The notes: a model not told the origin generated them from the sequence alone. A DNA stretch of 64,000 bases from an uncultured Acidobacteriota bacterium (GCA_963809485.1 CAWEJX010000001.1:448001-512000), one strand, 5' to 3'; positions 10,536 through 20,934 are shown, counted from the stretch's first letter. A program made the numbers and translations.

Positions 10536-11171
10536 GCGCTGTTCCTTTCCGCTGTGGCTTTGATGCGCGCAAACTCTCGAAAGCAAGTCCAACCTCAGAC
10601 TCTATCGGCACAAAATGCAAAAACAATGCGCCACAGATAGCACAAATTGCTTAGAAAACCATACAACTTTATGCAGCAAGAGCCGCCCGAAGGCGGCTAT
10701 TTATGATAGGAACGGTTCCCTTGCTGCCCGATTGCCGGAATCCAGCAGGAACATCTGCAAACCCGACGCGATTTCGTAGAGGGCATCAAACTGCCAGCCG
10801 TCCGCATCCATGCAAAATTCTTCCAGCCGCTCGATCGCTTTCTGCGGTTGCTCGGGAACAACAAAAGATAGCGGCGGATTTTGTTCCAAGACTGTACGGC
10901 TGTTGTCAAGATACTGGTAGAGACTCTCTTAACCAGAACTGCAAATCGACTGAGGGCACCAACTCCGTTTGAGCCTGACAAGCAAAGCAACGGTTGCTGC
11001 TGTATTGCTTACCAGGCATCAAATCGGAGCGGTTCTGTGTACTGGCATGGCTATTCGAGTTTAAAGGCAAAAATGCGTTATTTTGTATGCGCAATTATTT
11101 CATATACTACATATTGTGCAATGTAAAGCAATTTCTACAGATTCGATGACTTTTTTGCAGAAGTGGAGCGT

Positions 11172-12170
11172 TTACTGCGCCAATCCCCTGTAAACCATTA
11201 GGAAGAGAACACAAAGCAGCAAAACAGCCGGAACCACATAAGGAATGCATCTTCTCATCCAGCCGGGAGAGAGCCGCAGACCGGTGTCCTGTCTACCCTG
11301 CAGGCCCAGGGCGGCCCTGCGAACCATGCCCCGAGTGATCACAAACGACCGCTCGGTGTAGCCGATCAGAAGCGCCCGGTCGCAAATCAGGTTGATAAGG
11401 CGAGGATATCCCCTGGAATACCGCCATATGGCCCCGAACGCCCCGGCTCCAAAGCGCAATCTGGGAGCGCCGCCCCCAACGGCCAGTCGGTGACGGATGT
11501 ATCTCTCGGTATCATCGCGCGAGAGGGTTTTGGTTTCAAAGCGAACGGAAATTCTTTGATTCAGCTGGCGCAGGGCCGGGGATTTGAGTTTGCGGTCCAG
11601 TTCCAGCTGGCCTACGAAGATGATCTGCAATAGCTTTTTTTTTGCGGTTTCGAGGTTCGACAGCAGGCGCAGCTGCTCCAGCAGGGTCATGGAAATGTTT
11701 TGCGCTTCATCGATTATGAGCACTGTAAATACATTTTCCTCAGCCCTCTGAGCCAAAAACTTGTTGAGCTGGTCGAGGAGCTGCTTCTTGTTCATTCCCT
11801 GCGTCCAGGTGGTATCGAAGACATCCATGGATGCTTTTTCTTCACCGGCGCCCGCCGCGTCCGACGGCCCGTCCGGATGAATCCCCAGGTCCTGCAGGAT
11901 CGACCTCAGGATGTCCGTTTCGGAAAGCATCGGATTTTGAATCAGTGCAGTGCGGATGTCGTTTCTTTGCAGCCTTTCCAGAAGGGCCCAGCATAGCGTT
12001 GTTTTGCCCGTGCCCACATCTCCAACGATTACGGCGAAGCCCTCCCGACGCTCGATGCCATAGAGGATGTGATCAAGGGCTTCCTTGCTCCTTTTGTTGA
12101 GGAAAAGAAACGCCGGGTCCGGCGTAAGATTGAAAGCTTGCTCCTTCAGGCCGTAATATTTTTCATACAT
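11172..12170 (-). CDS. ExeA/GspA-type AAA ATPase (PEP-CTERM-system-associated ATPase-like)
   Basis: YYGLKEQAFNLTPDP, Walker A GDVGTGKT, IIDEAQN, LRLLSNLET and GYPRLINLICD; C-terminal TM. Confidence 0.88.
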   Translation of the reverse strand: MYEKYYGLKEQAFNLTPDPAFLFLNKRSKEALDHILYGIERREGFAVIVGDVGTGKTTLCWALLERLQRNDIRTALIQNPMLSETDILRSILQDLGIHPDGPSDAAGAGEEKASMDVFDTTWTQGMNKKQLLDQLNKFLAQRAEENVFTVLIIDEAQNISMTLLEQLRLLSNLETAKKKLLQIIFVGQLELDRKLKSPALRQLNQRISVRFETKTLSRDDTERYIRHRLAVGGGAPRLRFGAGAFGAIWRYSRGYPRLINLICDRALLIGYTERSFVITRGMVRRAALGLQGRQDTGLRLSPGWMRRCIPYVVPAVLLLCVLFLMVYRGLAQ

Positions 12171-12273
12171 ACGAATGCCCTTATCGGCATTTTTAGGGCA
12201 TGCCGATAAGATTAGGTGTAATTAGATACAGAGTCTCGGAGGATCCGGGCTCTAAGGATGGTATGATGCCGAT

Positions 12274-14055
12274 ATGCGAATCCATATTCCTTTGCTGTGC
12301 CTTCTGCTGAGCTCGCCGGTTTTTGCCCAAACGGCTGAGAATGTGCTGCTGGTTATCAACGAGTCCAGCGCCATATCCATGGAGGCCGGGGTGTATTACG
12401 CGAAAAAGCGAAGCATTCCCCAATCCAATATACTAAGGATCAACACGGCAGCAGACGAAAGCATCTCCCGGGAAAATTTCCAGCGGCAGATCGACGCGCC
12501 CATTGCTGCATGGCTGACGCGCAGTTCCGCCCACGACCGTGTTCTGTATATCGTTCTGACCAAGGGTGTTCCACTCCGTATCTCCGGTTCTTCCGGAAAA
12601 GAAGCAACCACAGCCAGCGTCGATTCCGAGCTGGCGCTTTTGTATCGGAGAATATTGGGGCAGGCGATACCGTTAGCCGGGCCTGTCAAAAATCCGTATT
12701 TTCTTAACGACGGCCCCATGGCCCAGGCGAAGCTGTTCAATCATGACGATCAGGATATCTACCTTGTCAGCCGGCTGGACGGATACAATATCGCGGACAT
12801 CCGCGGCCTGATCGATCGTGGCGCTGCGCCCTCCAGACAGGGCAAAATCCTCCTCGACGCGAAAGGCTCCTCCGATGATAAAGGCGGCGCCTGGCTGCAG
12901 AGTGCTGCAGATCTTTTGAGCAAAATGGGATTCAAGGACCGGGTCGTTTTCGAAAGCACGGAGAAAGTGCTGACCGACAAAAAGCAGGTGCTGGGCTATT
13001 ATTCCTGGGGCTCGAATGATCCGGCAATCCGGCAGAGGCATTTCGGATTACAGTTTGTTCCCGGAGCCCTTGCAGGCATGTTTGTCAGCTCGGACGGCAG
13101 GACTTTTGCCGAATCGTCCGATAACTGGAAGATCGCCGAATCGGGAGTCCCTCAGTCGCTGGCTGCAGACCTCATACGGGAAGGTGTTACCGGCATTGCA
13201 GGCCATGTCTCCGAACCCTATCTCGAAGCGACAATACGCCCCGACATCCTGTTTCCGGCCTACCTGTCCGGATTTAACCTGATCGAATCCTATTACCTGG
13301 CCATGCCCTATCTAAGCTGGCAAACAGTGGTGGTTGGAGACCCGCTTTGCGCACCTTTTCGCGCGAGGTCTCTTGCCGCACAGGAAATCGATAGAGGACT
13401 GGATCCGGAAACGGGGTTGCCGGTCCGCTACAGCGAAAGGAAGCTGAGCGCTCTCTCCGCCGCAGCCTCCAAGCAGCCCGGCGTGTCCCCGGACATGATC
13501 AAGCTGATCCTGCGAGCGGAAGCGCGCATGGCAAGACAGGATACGGCCGGGGCACGCCAGGCGCTCGAGGAGGTCACCGCTCGGAACGATCGGCTGCCCG
13601 GGCCGCAACTCCTGCTGGCAACCTTGTACGAGTCGGCTCAGGAATACGATAAAGCCATTGAACGATACCGCCTTCTGGTTGAAATCGCGCCTGAAAATCC
13701 GATGATCCTCAACAACCTGGCCTACGCGCTTGCGGTACGAAAAAACAACATTCCGGAAGCGATTCCACTGGCAGAAAAGGCATACAGCCTGGCCAAGGGG
13801 AATCCGAGCATTGCGGATACACTGGGATGGACCTATCATCTGTCCGGGCAGGATGACAAAGCACTTAAGCTTCTCGAGGAAGCAGCCCGGGCAGCGGGCC
13901 AAAAAGCCGACATTCACCTGCACTTAGCCATAGTGAGTGCGGCCACAGGCAACAAGCTTGCCGCCGAGGCAGCGCTTCGGCGTGCGCTGGAAATCGATCC
14001 CGGTATGGAACAGCGGGAGGAAGTGAAGCAGCTGAAGGCCAGCCTGAAAAAATAG
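12274..14055 (+). CDS. TIGR03790-family exported protein with C-terminal TPR repeats
   Basis: Signal peptide; ENVLLVIN, LVSRLDG, YYSWGSND, GHVSEPYL and LSWQTVVVGDPL; TPR motifs LNNLAY and ADTLGW. Confidence 0.85.
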   Translation: MRIHIPLLCLLLSSPVFAQTAENVLLVINESSAISMEAGVYYAKKRSIPQSNILRINTAADESISRENFQRQIDAPIAAWLTRSSAHDRVLYIVLTKGVPLRISGSSGKEATTASVDSELALLYRRILGQAIPLAGPVKNPYFLNDGPMAQAKLFNHDDQDIYLVSRLDGYNIADIRGLIDRGAAPSRQGKILLDAKGSSDDKGGAWLQSAADLLSKMGFKDRVVFESTEKVLTDKKQVLGYYSWGSNDPAIRQRHFGLQFVPGALAGMFVSSDGRTFAESSDNWKIAESGVPQSLAADLIREGVTGIAGHVSEPYLEATIRPDILFPAYLSGFNLIESYYLAMPYLSWQTVVVGDPLCAPFRARSLAAQEIDRGLDPETGLPVRYSERKLSALSAAASKQPGVSPDMIKLILRAEARMARQDTAGARQALEEVTARNDRLPGPQLLLATLYESAQEYDKAIERYRLLVEIAPENPMILNNLAYALAVRKNNIPEAIPLAEKAYSLAKGNPSIADTLGWTYHLSGQDDKALKLLEEAARAAGQKADIHLHLAIVSAATGNKLAAEAALRRALEIDPGMEQREEVKQLKASLKK

Positions 14056-14158
14056 CGCATTCCACAGGTTAGACAGGAAGTCCTATCTCTGCAGGATTGG
14101 AGGCAAATTTAAAGGGCGTGGCGGGAACTGCGTCTTTTATATCTGAAGGGCCCTTCAT

Positions 14159-15385
14159 ATGAAATACGTCATTTTTCTTGGCGACGGCATGGCCGACTAC
14201 CCGATTCCTGAATTAAACGGGAAAACCCCTTTGATGGTAGCGAATAAACCGGGGATGGATTGGATTGCCCGGGAAGGACGCACCGGCCTGTTCCGGACGA
14301 TAAGCCCGGGAATGCCGACCGGATCCGCCATAGCCAATCTCTCCGTGCTGGGCTACGACGCAGCCGAGCTTTTTCAGGGCACAGAAGGGAGAGGGGTTCT
14401 GGAAGCTGCAAGCCTGGGCATCCCGCTTGGGGAAAGCGACCTGGCTATGCGGGTCAACCTGATCTGCATTGAAGAGGGCAGGATCCGCAGTCACTCCGCA
14501 GGACACATCTCCAACGAGGAAGCCCACGCCCTGATCCGGGAAGCCCAAGTTCATTTTGGAAACTGGGATCTCCGGCTATATCCCGGCCTCAGCTACCGGC
14601 ATGTCCTGGTTCTGCCAAATGGGGAATTCAGGCTCGAGTGTTTTCCGCCCCATGATCACGTAGGCGCACCCTGGCGGGAGCTGGCGATCCGGCCCATGGC
14701 TCCCGGAGGAGAAAAAACGGCGGATTTGTTAAACCGCATGGTCGAAGAATCCCAGGTGTTTCTGGAAAATCATCCCGTCAATCGGAAGCGGCGAGAGAAT
14801 GGGAAGCAGCCTGCCAACTCGCTCTGGCCCTGGGCGCCCGGGAAAAAGCCCCACATGAGGACTCTCCAGGAACGGTTTGGCATTCGGGGAGCGGCCATCA
14901 CAGCCGTGGATTTGATCAAAGGGCTGGCCATTTACGCCGGTATGGAACCGATCACCGTCCCGGGGGCTACGGGGCTTTATGACACGAACTTCGAGGGAAA
15001 GGCAGATGCCGCCATCGCGGCGCTGGAAAAAGTTGATTTTGTTTACATCCATGTGGAAGCCGCCGACGAAGCCGGCCATGAACGGGATCTGCGTTTGAAG
15101 ATCCGCTGTATTGAGGACCTGGACCGCCGCCTGATACAGCGCGTCCTCGAGGGGCTGGAGAAAAAGGGCTGGGAAAGCACCGTCGCGGTGCTTCCGGACC
15201 ATCCAACCCCGATTGCCCAGGGAAACCACACGCGCGAGCCCGTGCCTGTGGCCATCCGATTCCCTCACCTCCCGGGTGACTCGGTCACCTGCTTCGACGA
15301 AGACAGCGTGAAAAACGGCTCTCTTGGATTGATGGAAGGCTCCGGATTTATCGAGGCTTTTTTTGCACAGGCAGGCAAGCCCTAA
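14159..15385 (+). CDS. apgM: Cofactor-independent phosphoglycerate mutase, ApgM type (TIGR02535-like)
   Basis: MKYVIFLGDGMAD, TGSAIANLSVLGYD, HVEAADEAGH and LPDHPTP. Confidence 0.88.
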   Translation: MKYVIFLGDGMADYPIPELNGKTPLMVANKPGMDWIAREGRTGLFRTISPGMPTGSAIANLSVLGYDAAELFQGTEGRGVLEAASLGIPLGESDLAMRVNLICIEEGRIRSHSAGHISNEEAHALIREAQVHFGNWDLRLYPGLSYRHVLVLPNGEFRLECFPPHDHVGAPWRELAIRPMAPGGEKTADLLNRMVEESQVFLENHPVNRKRRENGKQPANSLWPWAPGKKPHMRTLQERFGIRGAAITAVDLIKGLAIYAGMEPITVPGATGLYDTNFEGKADAAIAALEKVDFVYIHVEAADEAGHERDLRLKIRCIEDLDRRLIQRVLEGLEKKGWESTVAVLPDHPTPIAQGNHTREPVPVAIRFPHLPGDSVTCFDEDSVKNGSLGLMEGSGFIEAFFAQAGKP

Positions 15386-15400
15386 TGCATGGGCGGGAGC

Positions 15401-15712
15401 TCAGAACAAAGGCTCAACGACGAGGCCGGCGTTATCGGCCTTCAGAAGCCGCGTCCGCGCGGAAATGCCGCGCGCCCTGAAAATATCCGAGATGCGCGCC
15501 CCGATTTCCACTTCATGGGAATCCGCAAAGGCGATTACGGTCGGGCTTGCGCCCGACAGCGCCACGCCCAGCAAACCTTCGCAATCTTCCACCGCAAGCA
15601 CTTCCTTCAGGCTGGGAAGCAATTGGACACGGTAGGATTGATGCAGGCGATCGGACATCGCCTCACGGAGCAAGCCCGGAATCAGCTTTGTTCCGGTCTG
15701 CGTCCCATGCAT
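15401..15712 (-). pseudogene. thrB: Homoserine kinase C-terminal fragment
   Basis: AMSDRLHQSYR...GVALSGASPTV matches the ThrB C-terminal GHMP domain. The N-terminal ATP-binding domain is absent upstream. Confidence 0.75.
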
Positions 15713-16026
15713 GATTTCACTGCATCAGGATAAAATGCCTTCTAACATAAAAAGCACAAAAATCGAAAATGAATCTCGGCCTTCATTTATGTTTTGGTGT
15801 TTGAAAAATGAGGCGGAGACGAGCGACTGGAAAGATAATTTATGCGGATTCAGCCCAATTACCGGATCGGGTCGCAGGTTTCTATTCCGGCCGGGTTTTC
15901 ACCCAGCCGGAATAGCCATCCTTTCATCAGCCACCGATCTGATAGGAAGCCTGTGGTAAGTCCATGCCCTGCTGTCCCGGGAACACTTGCGCCCCTCTGC
16001 CTTGCGACGCGGAGGAGCACAGCCGT

Positions 16027-16980
16027 TTAGCCGGGCGGCAACTGTCCCATCGCCGGCATCGGGTCCTTCGGCCGGGCTACTCTCGCGAATTCGAATCCGC
16101 TTGCGATTATGGGGCTGAGAGTACCGCCCGCCAGGACCGTATACCGGAGGCATAGCCCGCCGAACAGCCCAAGCAAAGCAGCCAGTACCGCTGTTATTCC
16201 ATGCCCACCCTGGAGTTCCAGGAAGAAGGGAATTACAAGCCCGCACGCTATGACACCCAGCCAAAACACCGGCGCAACGGCGCCGGTCAGGATGCGTTTT
16301 GCCGAATACCTCGACTCGATTGTCCTGTAGGCGTTGTACAGAAAGACTATCAGGACAAACATTTCAAGAGCCTCGATGATAAGATCGACATTCGCCAACA
16401 GCGTAAGCTGCGCCGCTTCGACCCCCAGGCTTTGGCCGATCAGCATGATGGCCATGATGCCTGTCGACACGGCGGAGACAAAGAACAGGACCGGGAGAAG
16501 AGCCGTTCGCCAAAGAGAAATGGGCTGGCTGTATCCCAGCAGGAGTCCTGTATAGATCACCGTGAGGAACGCGAAAATAGAGCCGAGGATGCCTATGAGA
16601 TGGCGGGCGGACTCATTCTCGGCCAGCGGGCCGGGAAAGGGCCAGATCCACCATGCCGTGTGGATTGCGGCGAAGATCATGAAAAACACGATGATGATCG
16701 TTCCCCGCGCGATCCAGGAGGTCTTCGGTTTCATCCAGACTCTCCAGGAATTGATCGGCGTGCCCAGGTCGGCGAGCAGAAACAGGGTCCCTATGAGGAC
16801 ACAGGGCATTCCCAGAAAGACCCCGATCTTGGACACGGTCATCCAGGCCGCGCCGCCGGCCAAATCAGCTACAACACCCGCCAGGTAAGCTCCGCCGCCG
16901 ACACCGGCTAGAAACAGATATGCGGCAATCAACCAGCGCCACTCAACTTGAACCTGGCCTTCCAATTTTACTGATCCCAT
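16027..16980 (-). CDS. NrfD/PsrC-family membrane anchor subunit
   Basis: WLIAAYLFLAGVGGG, LLADLGTP, SWIARG and YTGLLL; about 8 TM helices. Confidence 0.9.
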   Translation of the reverse strand: MGSVKLEGQVQVEWRWLIAAYLFLAGVGGGAYLAGVVADLAGGAAWMTVSKIGVFLGMPCVLIGTLFLLADLGTPINSWRVWMKPKTSWIARGTIIIVFFMIFAAIHTAWWIWPFPGPLAENESARHLIGILGSIFAFLTVIYTGLLLGYSQPISLWRTALLPVLFFVSAVSTGIMAIMLIGQSLGVEAAQLTLLANVDLIIEALEMFVLIVFLYNAYRTIESRYSAKRILTGAVAPVFWLGVIACGLVIPFFLELQGGHGITAVLAALLGLFGGLCLRYTVLAGGTLSPIIASGFEFARVARPKDPMPAMGQLPPG

Positions 16981-17031
16981 TGAATTCTCCTATCCTCAAC
17001 TGTGCCCGAAATCCGGGAGCTCTAGAGTGAA

Positions 17032-17658
17032 CTACCTCGGGGGCAGATAATAAACTTTGGGCTCGGTGCCGACCTCAGGACGCAGGACGAAACCGCGTTT
17101 TGTCTTGATGAGATAGGAAATCTCGCTTTCAGGATCGTCGAGATCGCCAAAAACCCGCGCCTTGGCAGGACATACCTGAACGCACGCGGGCTCTCTCCCT
17201 TCAGCCCGGCGGTCGATGCAGAAATCGCATTTGGTCGACACGCCCACGCCGCTTTTCGATTCCCAATACTGCCGGGTATGCTGCTCATACTCGCTAAGAG
17301 GAAGCCCTTCGGGGAAATAGCTCTTCCACTCCCGGACCGAATAGCGGGCGCCGTAGGGGCACGCCATCATGCAGTACTTGCAGCCGATGCACTTGTTCTT
17401 GTCTATGCGGACGATTCCGTCCTCGGTCTGATACGTGGCGCCCGTCGGGCAGACTTTCATGCAATCCGGCTCTTCGCATTGATTGCAGAGCACCGGCAAC
17501 GCCTGCCGGACGGAATTCGGGTAAACACCCATTTCTCCTCTGAGAACCCGGCTCCAAAAAACATCGGGCGGAGTCCGGTTTGCCTGTTTGCATCCCAGCA
17601 CACAGGAGTAGCAGCCATAGCATCTTTTGAGGTCAATGACCATTCCATAACGTGCCAT
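17032..17658 (-). CDS. 4x[4Fe-4S] electron-transfer subunit (DmsB/PsrB/PadC-like)
   Basis: RYGMVIDLKRCYGCYSC, CNQCEEPDC, CIGCKYCMMACPY and KCDFC...PACVQVCP. Confidence 0.93.
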   Translation of the reverse strand: MARYGMVIDLKRCYGCYSCVLGCKQANRTPPDVFWSRVLRGEMGVYPNSVRQALPVLCNQCEEPDCMKVCPTGATYQTEDGIVRIDKNKCIGCKYCMMACPYGARYSVREWKSYFPEGLPLSEYEQHTRQYWESKSGVGVSTKCDFCIDRRAEGREPACVQVCPAKARVFGDLDDPESEISYLIKTKRGFVLRPEVGTEPKVYYLPPR

Positions 17659-17720
17659 ATTCAACTCCAGTTATAAGTGTCCAGTGTCAGCGGCCATCTG
17701 TTCGCCAGGTTATACTTTTC

Positions 17721-20396
17721 TCAATTCGCCTTGTAAACCTTCACGCGGACACAGATGTCCTGGTTCAATGTCAGCGGATCCGTGTGCGCCGCATCCATCA
17801 TGACAAGATCGTTGAAGAATGTTCCCTTGCCTTTCGCGATCGGCATGAAATTACCCCAGTGGCCGCCTATGGCCGCGATGGCAATGTGGTGCGGTTCAAT
17901 ACCCTCGCTGAGCGAGACCCAGCCCGGAACCCGTTTGCCTTCCGGGTTCTCCACCCACACTTTGTCACCGTCTTTTATCCCTTTTTCCTCGGCGGTTTTC
18001 ATGTGCATCTGGATTCCATAGATATTGGGGTCTTCCTGCGTGATTTCGTCCAGATAAGGATTTTGCTGAGTCATGGAGTTGCATTGCGTGACCGGGCGCC
18101 AGTAGAAAGCGTTCATGTCGTACTCCGGCTTTTCCTTCGAGTGCGTCGGGCAGGGATACCAGTCAGCCAGCGCTTTGAAAACAGACCAGTTCAGATCAAA
18201 GTACTTCTTCGCGTTGTATTGCTCGCAGATTTTGGCTATCTGCTCGCCGGCGTCGATGAAGTATTCGAAATAGACCGGCACCCTGGAGGGATTAAACCAT
18301 TTCCAGTAAACGTCTTCCTTACGTTTCGGCCAATTGAACGTGCCTTTTTTGCGGACATGCTCAAGTCCGTGCTCCGGCCCGAACCGGTCTTTGAGGAGCC
18401 GATCAACGATTTCCGGCCACGTATGCTCGACGCTGCCGTCCTCGCACAGTTTGTACTCCGGGCTCATCGCCCCGCCGTAACGGATCACCACCATGTCGTT
18501 TAATGCTTTGTAATACTTGGGGAGGATGCCGAGCCGCTTGCAGATGTCCATCATGACCACGTTGAAATCCCGCCGCTCGTACAACGGCTCGATCACCGGC
18601 TGCCGGATGGTCCACCCCCAGTCATCTTCGCCTTGAGGGTGGGAGAAAGTGGACGGGAAGCTCACTGCGGGAGTGTACCGCTCGAGGTAGCAGGCATCCG
18701 GCAGGACGATATCCGCTACCGCTTCCTCAAACTCCGAGATATACAGCTGGAAAGAAAAGATGAAGTTGAACTTCTTCAGGAAATTCTCGGTCACAATCTC
18801 CGCATTTCCCATAGTCATGACCGAATTGGACCCGAAATTGATCATGACGTCCGGCCGGTAATTAACCTTGAACTGGTCCAGCATCTCGAACCAATGCGGG
18901 CTCATGATGGTAAAGGCATTATAGATGGACGTCGGGAACATGTCATGCAGGTCGAGCCGTTGCGGCTGCTTGGGCACTCGCAGCGGGTATGGCACGTGGT
19001 CGTATACCCAGGCCTTGGCCATAAGCAGCCCGTCGTCATCCGGATATGGGATCTGATAGGGCTTTCCGGTTTTTTTATAGCCGTCGGTAACTGCCGCGCC
19101 CAAGCCCATCGCGCCGCCGTAGGTATCGGCTGCACCCAGGATGTGGTTGATCATGTCGATGGAAAGGCAAGTCCATCCGGAGTTAACATGGCCCTGAGAG
19201 CCGCGGAAGAAGTGCGCCGCGATAGGCCGCTTGGGTATCTTTTTCGGGCCCTGCTCTGTCTGAATGGTGACCGTGGCGCCGATTTCTGCGCAATCAACAA
19301 TTTCCCTGGCCAGGCGTCTTATGGTTGCCGCCGGTATCCAGGTGATTTCTTCCACGTATTCCGGGGAATACTTTTTCACGTGCTCCTTGAGCAACTCGAA
19401 AGCGGGACGGCACTTCGTGCCGTCGACATCGTATTCGCCCGTCAGAGCCACATCATGGGCTTTATCCTCATACTGAACCCTCGTCACAGACGGGTCGTTG
19501 TGAACCTTGGGGCATTTATCAACGAGATTCCAAACCATGGGCTTGTTTGTCGCCTTATCCCGCATGTAACGGCCGTCCGAAGGGCGAATCAGATAGGGTG
19601 CGTTCGTTTTATATTTCAGATATTCGTCGTCCCAGACGCCCAGTTCGTTCAGGAACATATTTACGAAGCCCAGGGCAAGCGCACCATCCGTTCCGACACG
19701 GATCGGAACCCACTCATGAGCCTTGGAGGCTTGCGGGCTCTGCATGGGATCAAACGTTATGGTCCGGGCTCCGCGCGCACGCGCATCGGCCGCCTGTATT
19801 GCGTTCTGAACTGCGGTATGCCCAGCCCCGTGACCTTTGGAGCAGCCGAAATTCAGGGGCAGGCTGCAGTGCGCAAAATCGGGAATGATCGACCACGCAA
19901 CATGCATGATGCCGTTCATGAAATGCGCGCCGTTGCCGCAGTGAAGCCCTCCGCCGGATACCCAGTAATTGGGAGTCCCGAAAGCCTTGTTGAATGCCGT
20001 AACCGCGTATCGGATCTCGGATGCCGCCGTGGTTGTGGCCTGGAAATATGCGCCCCGCGAATCCCTTGCCTGGCATTCCTTCAGTTTTTTGACAATCGTG
20101 TCGAGCGCCTCTTCCCAACTGATACGAACGAACTTTGGGTCGACACCGAGGCCCTTTTGCGGATTGGTTCGTTTGAGAGGGTAGTTCACCCGATACGGAT
20201 CGTAAAGCAGGTGAGTCCCCGCAAGACCCTTGACGCAGATTTTGCCGCGCCCTGTTGGAGCATCCGGGTTTCCCTCAATCTCCGTCACAACGCCGTTCTG
20301 CCGCCGGGCTTTGATGCCGCACATGCAGTAGCACTGACCGCAACAGGTGGGGATCCAGACATCCTCCTGGACTTTGGATGCTGTGGTAGTCGCCAT
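17721..20396 (-). CDS. Mo/W-bisPGD (DMSO reductase family) catalytic subunit without Tat signal; phenylacetyl-CoA:acceptor oxidoreductase PadB-like
   Basis: N-terminal CGQCYCMC...C FS0 motif, YPLKRTNP, ISWEEALD, ADIVLPDACYLE and a C-terminal molybdopterin-dinucleotide domain. Start ATG 20396 after an AAAGGA RBS; no RRxFLK. Confidence 0.85.
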   Translation of the reverse strand: MATTTASKVQEDVWIPTCCGQCYCMCGIKARRQNGVVTEIEGNPDAPTGRGKICVKGLAGTHLLYDPYRVNYPLKRTNPQKGLGVDPKFVRISWEEALDTIVKKLKECQARDSRGAYFQATTTAASEIRYAVTAFNKAFGTPNYWVSGGGLHCGNGAHFMNGIMHVAWSIIPDFAHCSLPLNFGCSKGHGAGHTAVQNAIQAADARARGARTITFDPMQSPQASKAHEWVPIRVGTDGALALGFVNMFLNELGVWDDEYLKYKTNAPYLIRPSDGRYMRDKATNKPMVWNLVDKCPKVHNDPSVTRVQYEDKAHDVALTGEYDVDGTKCRPAFELLKEHVKKYSPEYVEEITWIPAATIRRLAREIVDCAEIGATVTIQTEQGPKKIPKRPIAAHFFRGSQGHVNSGWTCLSIDMINHILGAADTYGGAMGLGAAVTDGYKKTGKPYQIPYPDDDGLLMAKAWVYDHVPYPLRVPKQPQRLDLHDMFPTSIYNAFTIMSPHWFEMLDQFKVNYRPDVMINFGSNSVMTMGNAEIVTENFLKKFNFIFSFQLYISEFEEAVADIVLPDACYLERYTPAVSFPSTFSHPQGEDDWGWTIRQPVIEPLYERRDFNVVMMDICKRLGILPKYYKALNDMVVIRYGGAMSPEYKLCEDGSVEHTWPEIVDRLLKDRFGPEHGLEHVRKKGTFNWPKRKEDVYWKWFNPSRVPVYFEYFIDAGEQIAKICEQYNAKKYFDLNWSVFKALADWYPCPTHSKEKPEYDMNAFYWRPVTQCNSMTQQNPYLDEITQEDPNIYGIQMHMKTAEEKGIKDGDKVWVENPEGKRVPGWVSLSEGIEPHHIAIAAIGGHWGNFMPIAKGKGTFFNDLVMMDAAHTDPLTLNQDICVRVKVYKAN

Positions 20397-20676
20397 TAAG
20401 CTATCCTTTCCTGGAATCACTAACCAGAGTATGAGTTTCTGCACCGACTGGATCAGGTTGTTCAGCAAACTGCCCGCGCAACGCCTGATTCCACGTGTGC
20501 CAATTATAAAAGCGCGGATTGAGGCCGTCAACAAGGAAAAACCGGAAAACACCCATGCCTCGCAATCCCGATAGCGACGCCCTTTTGGGGGGGGAAGGAG
20601 AGATGCCTATCGACAGTTTATATGCACGTTTAAAAATTCATTTGACTATGTATATGTCTAGGCATAGAGTCAAGGA

Positions 20677-20934
20677 ATGAGCTATCCCATCAAACTCCAG
20701 TGCATCAAACGAAAATCCGGCTGGCGGCAGTTTTATCTGAATATACCCTCGGCATTGGCCGAAGCCATCGACTGTCAAGAAGGTGAGACCTGGGCCTTCA
20801 CCCTCGTCGACCGGAAAAGGATCCTGCTGGGAAGGAGTTCGGATCCAAGAACACCTCCCTTGCTGCAAAACAGGAAGCTTGCGCCGGGCAAATCCCGGCA
20901 GGCCGGAGCCTCCCGTCGCCGCGGGTTCAAATAG
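20677..20934 (+). CDS. Small AbrB/MazE-like DNA-binding protein
   Basis: RQFYLNIPSALAEAIDCQEGETWAF fits the swapped-hairpin pattern (IP..L...L.+..GE); AAGGA lies immediately before the ATG. Confidence 0.55.
   Translation: MSYPIKLQCIKRKSGWRQFYLNIPSALAEAIDCQEGETWAFTLVDRKRILLGRSSDPRTPPLLQNRKLAPGKSRQAGASRRRGFK

Noticed and set aside
10697-11126. Short overlapping ORFs in an AT-rich intergenic region
   Set aside because: No RBS or homology signal; mutually overlapping.
18633-20399. 588-aa plus-strand ORF, and similar long ORFs at 21895, 25493, 30133, 32299, 35683 and 39806
   Set aside because: Antisense shadows of well-supported minus-strand genes in GC-rich DNA.
20587-20594. Poly-G tracts (G8 here; G10 at 43363-43372) as phase-variation sites
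   Set aside because: Intergenic, no demonstrable promoter overlap, and homopolymer lengths are unreliable in this assembly.
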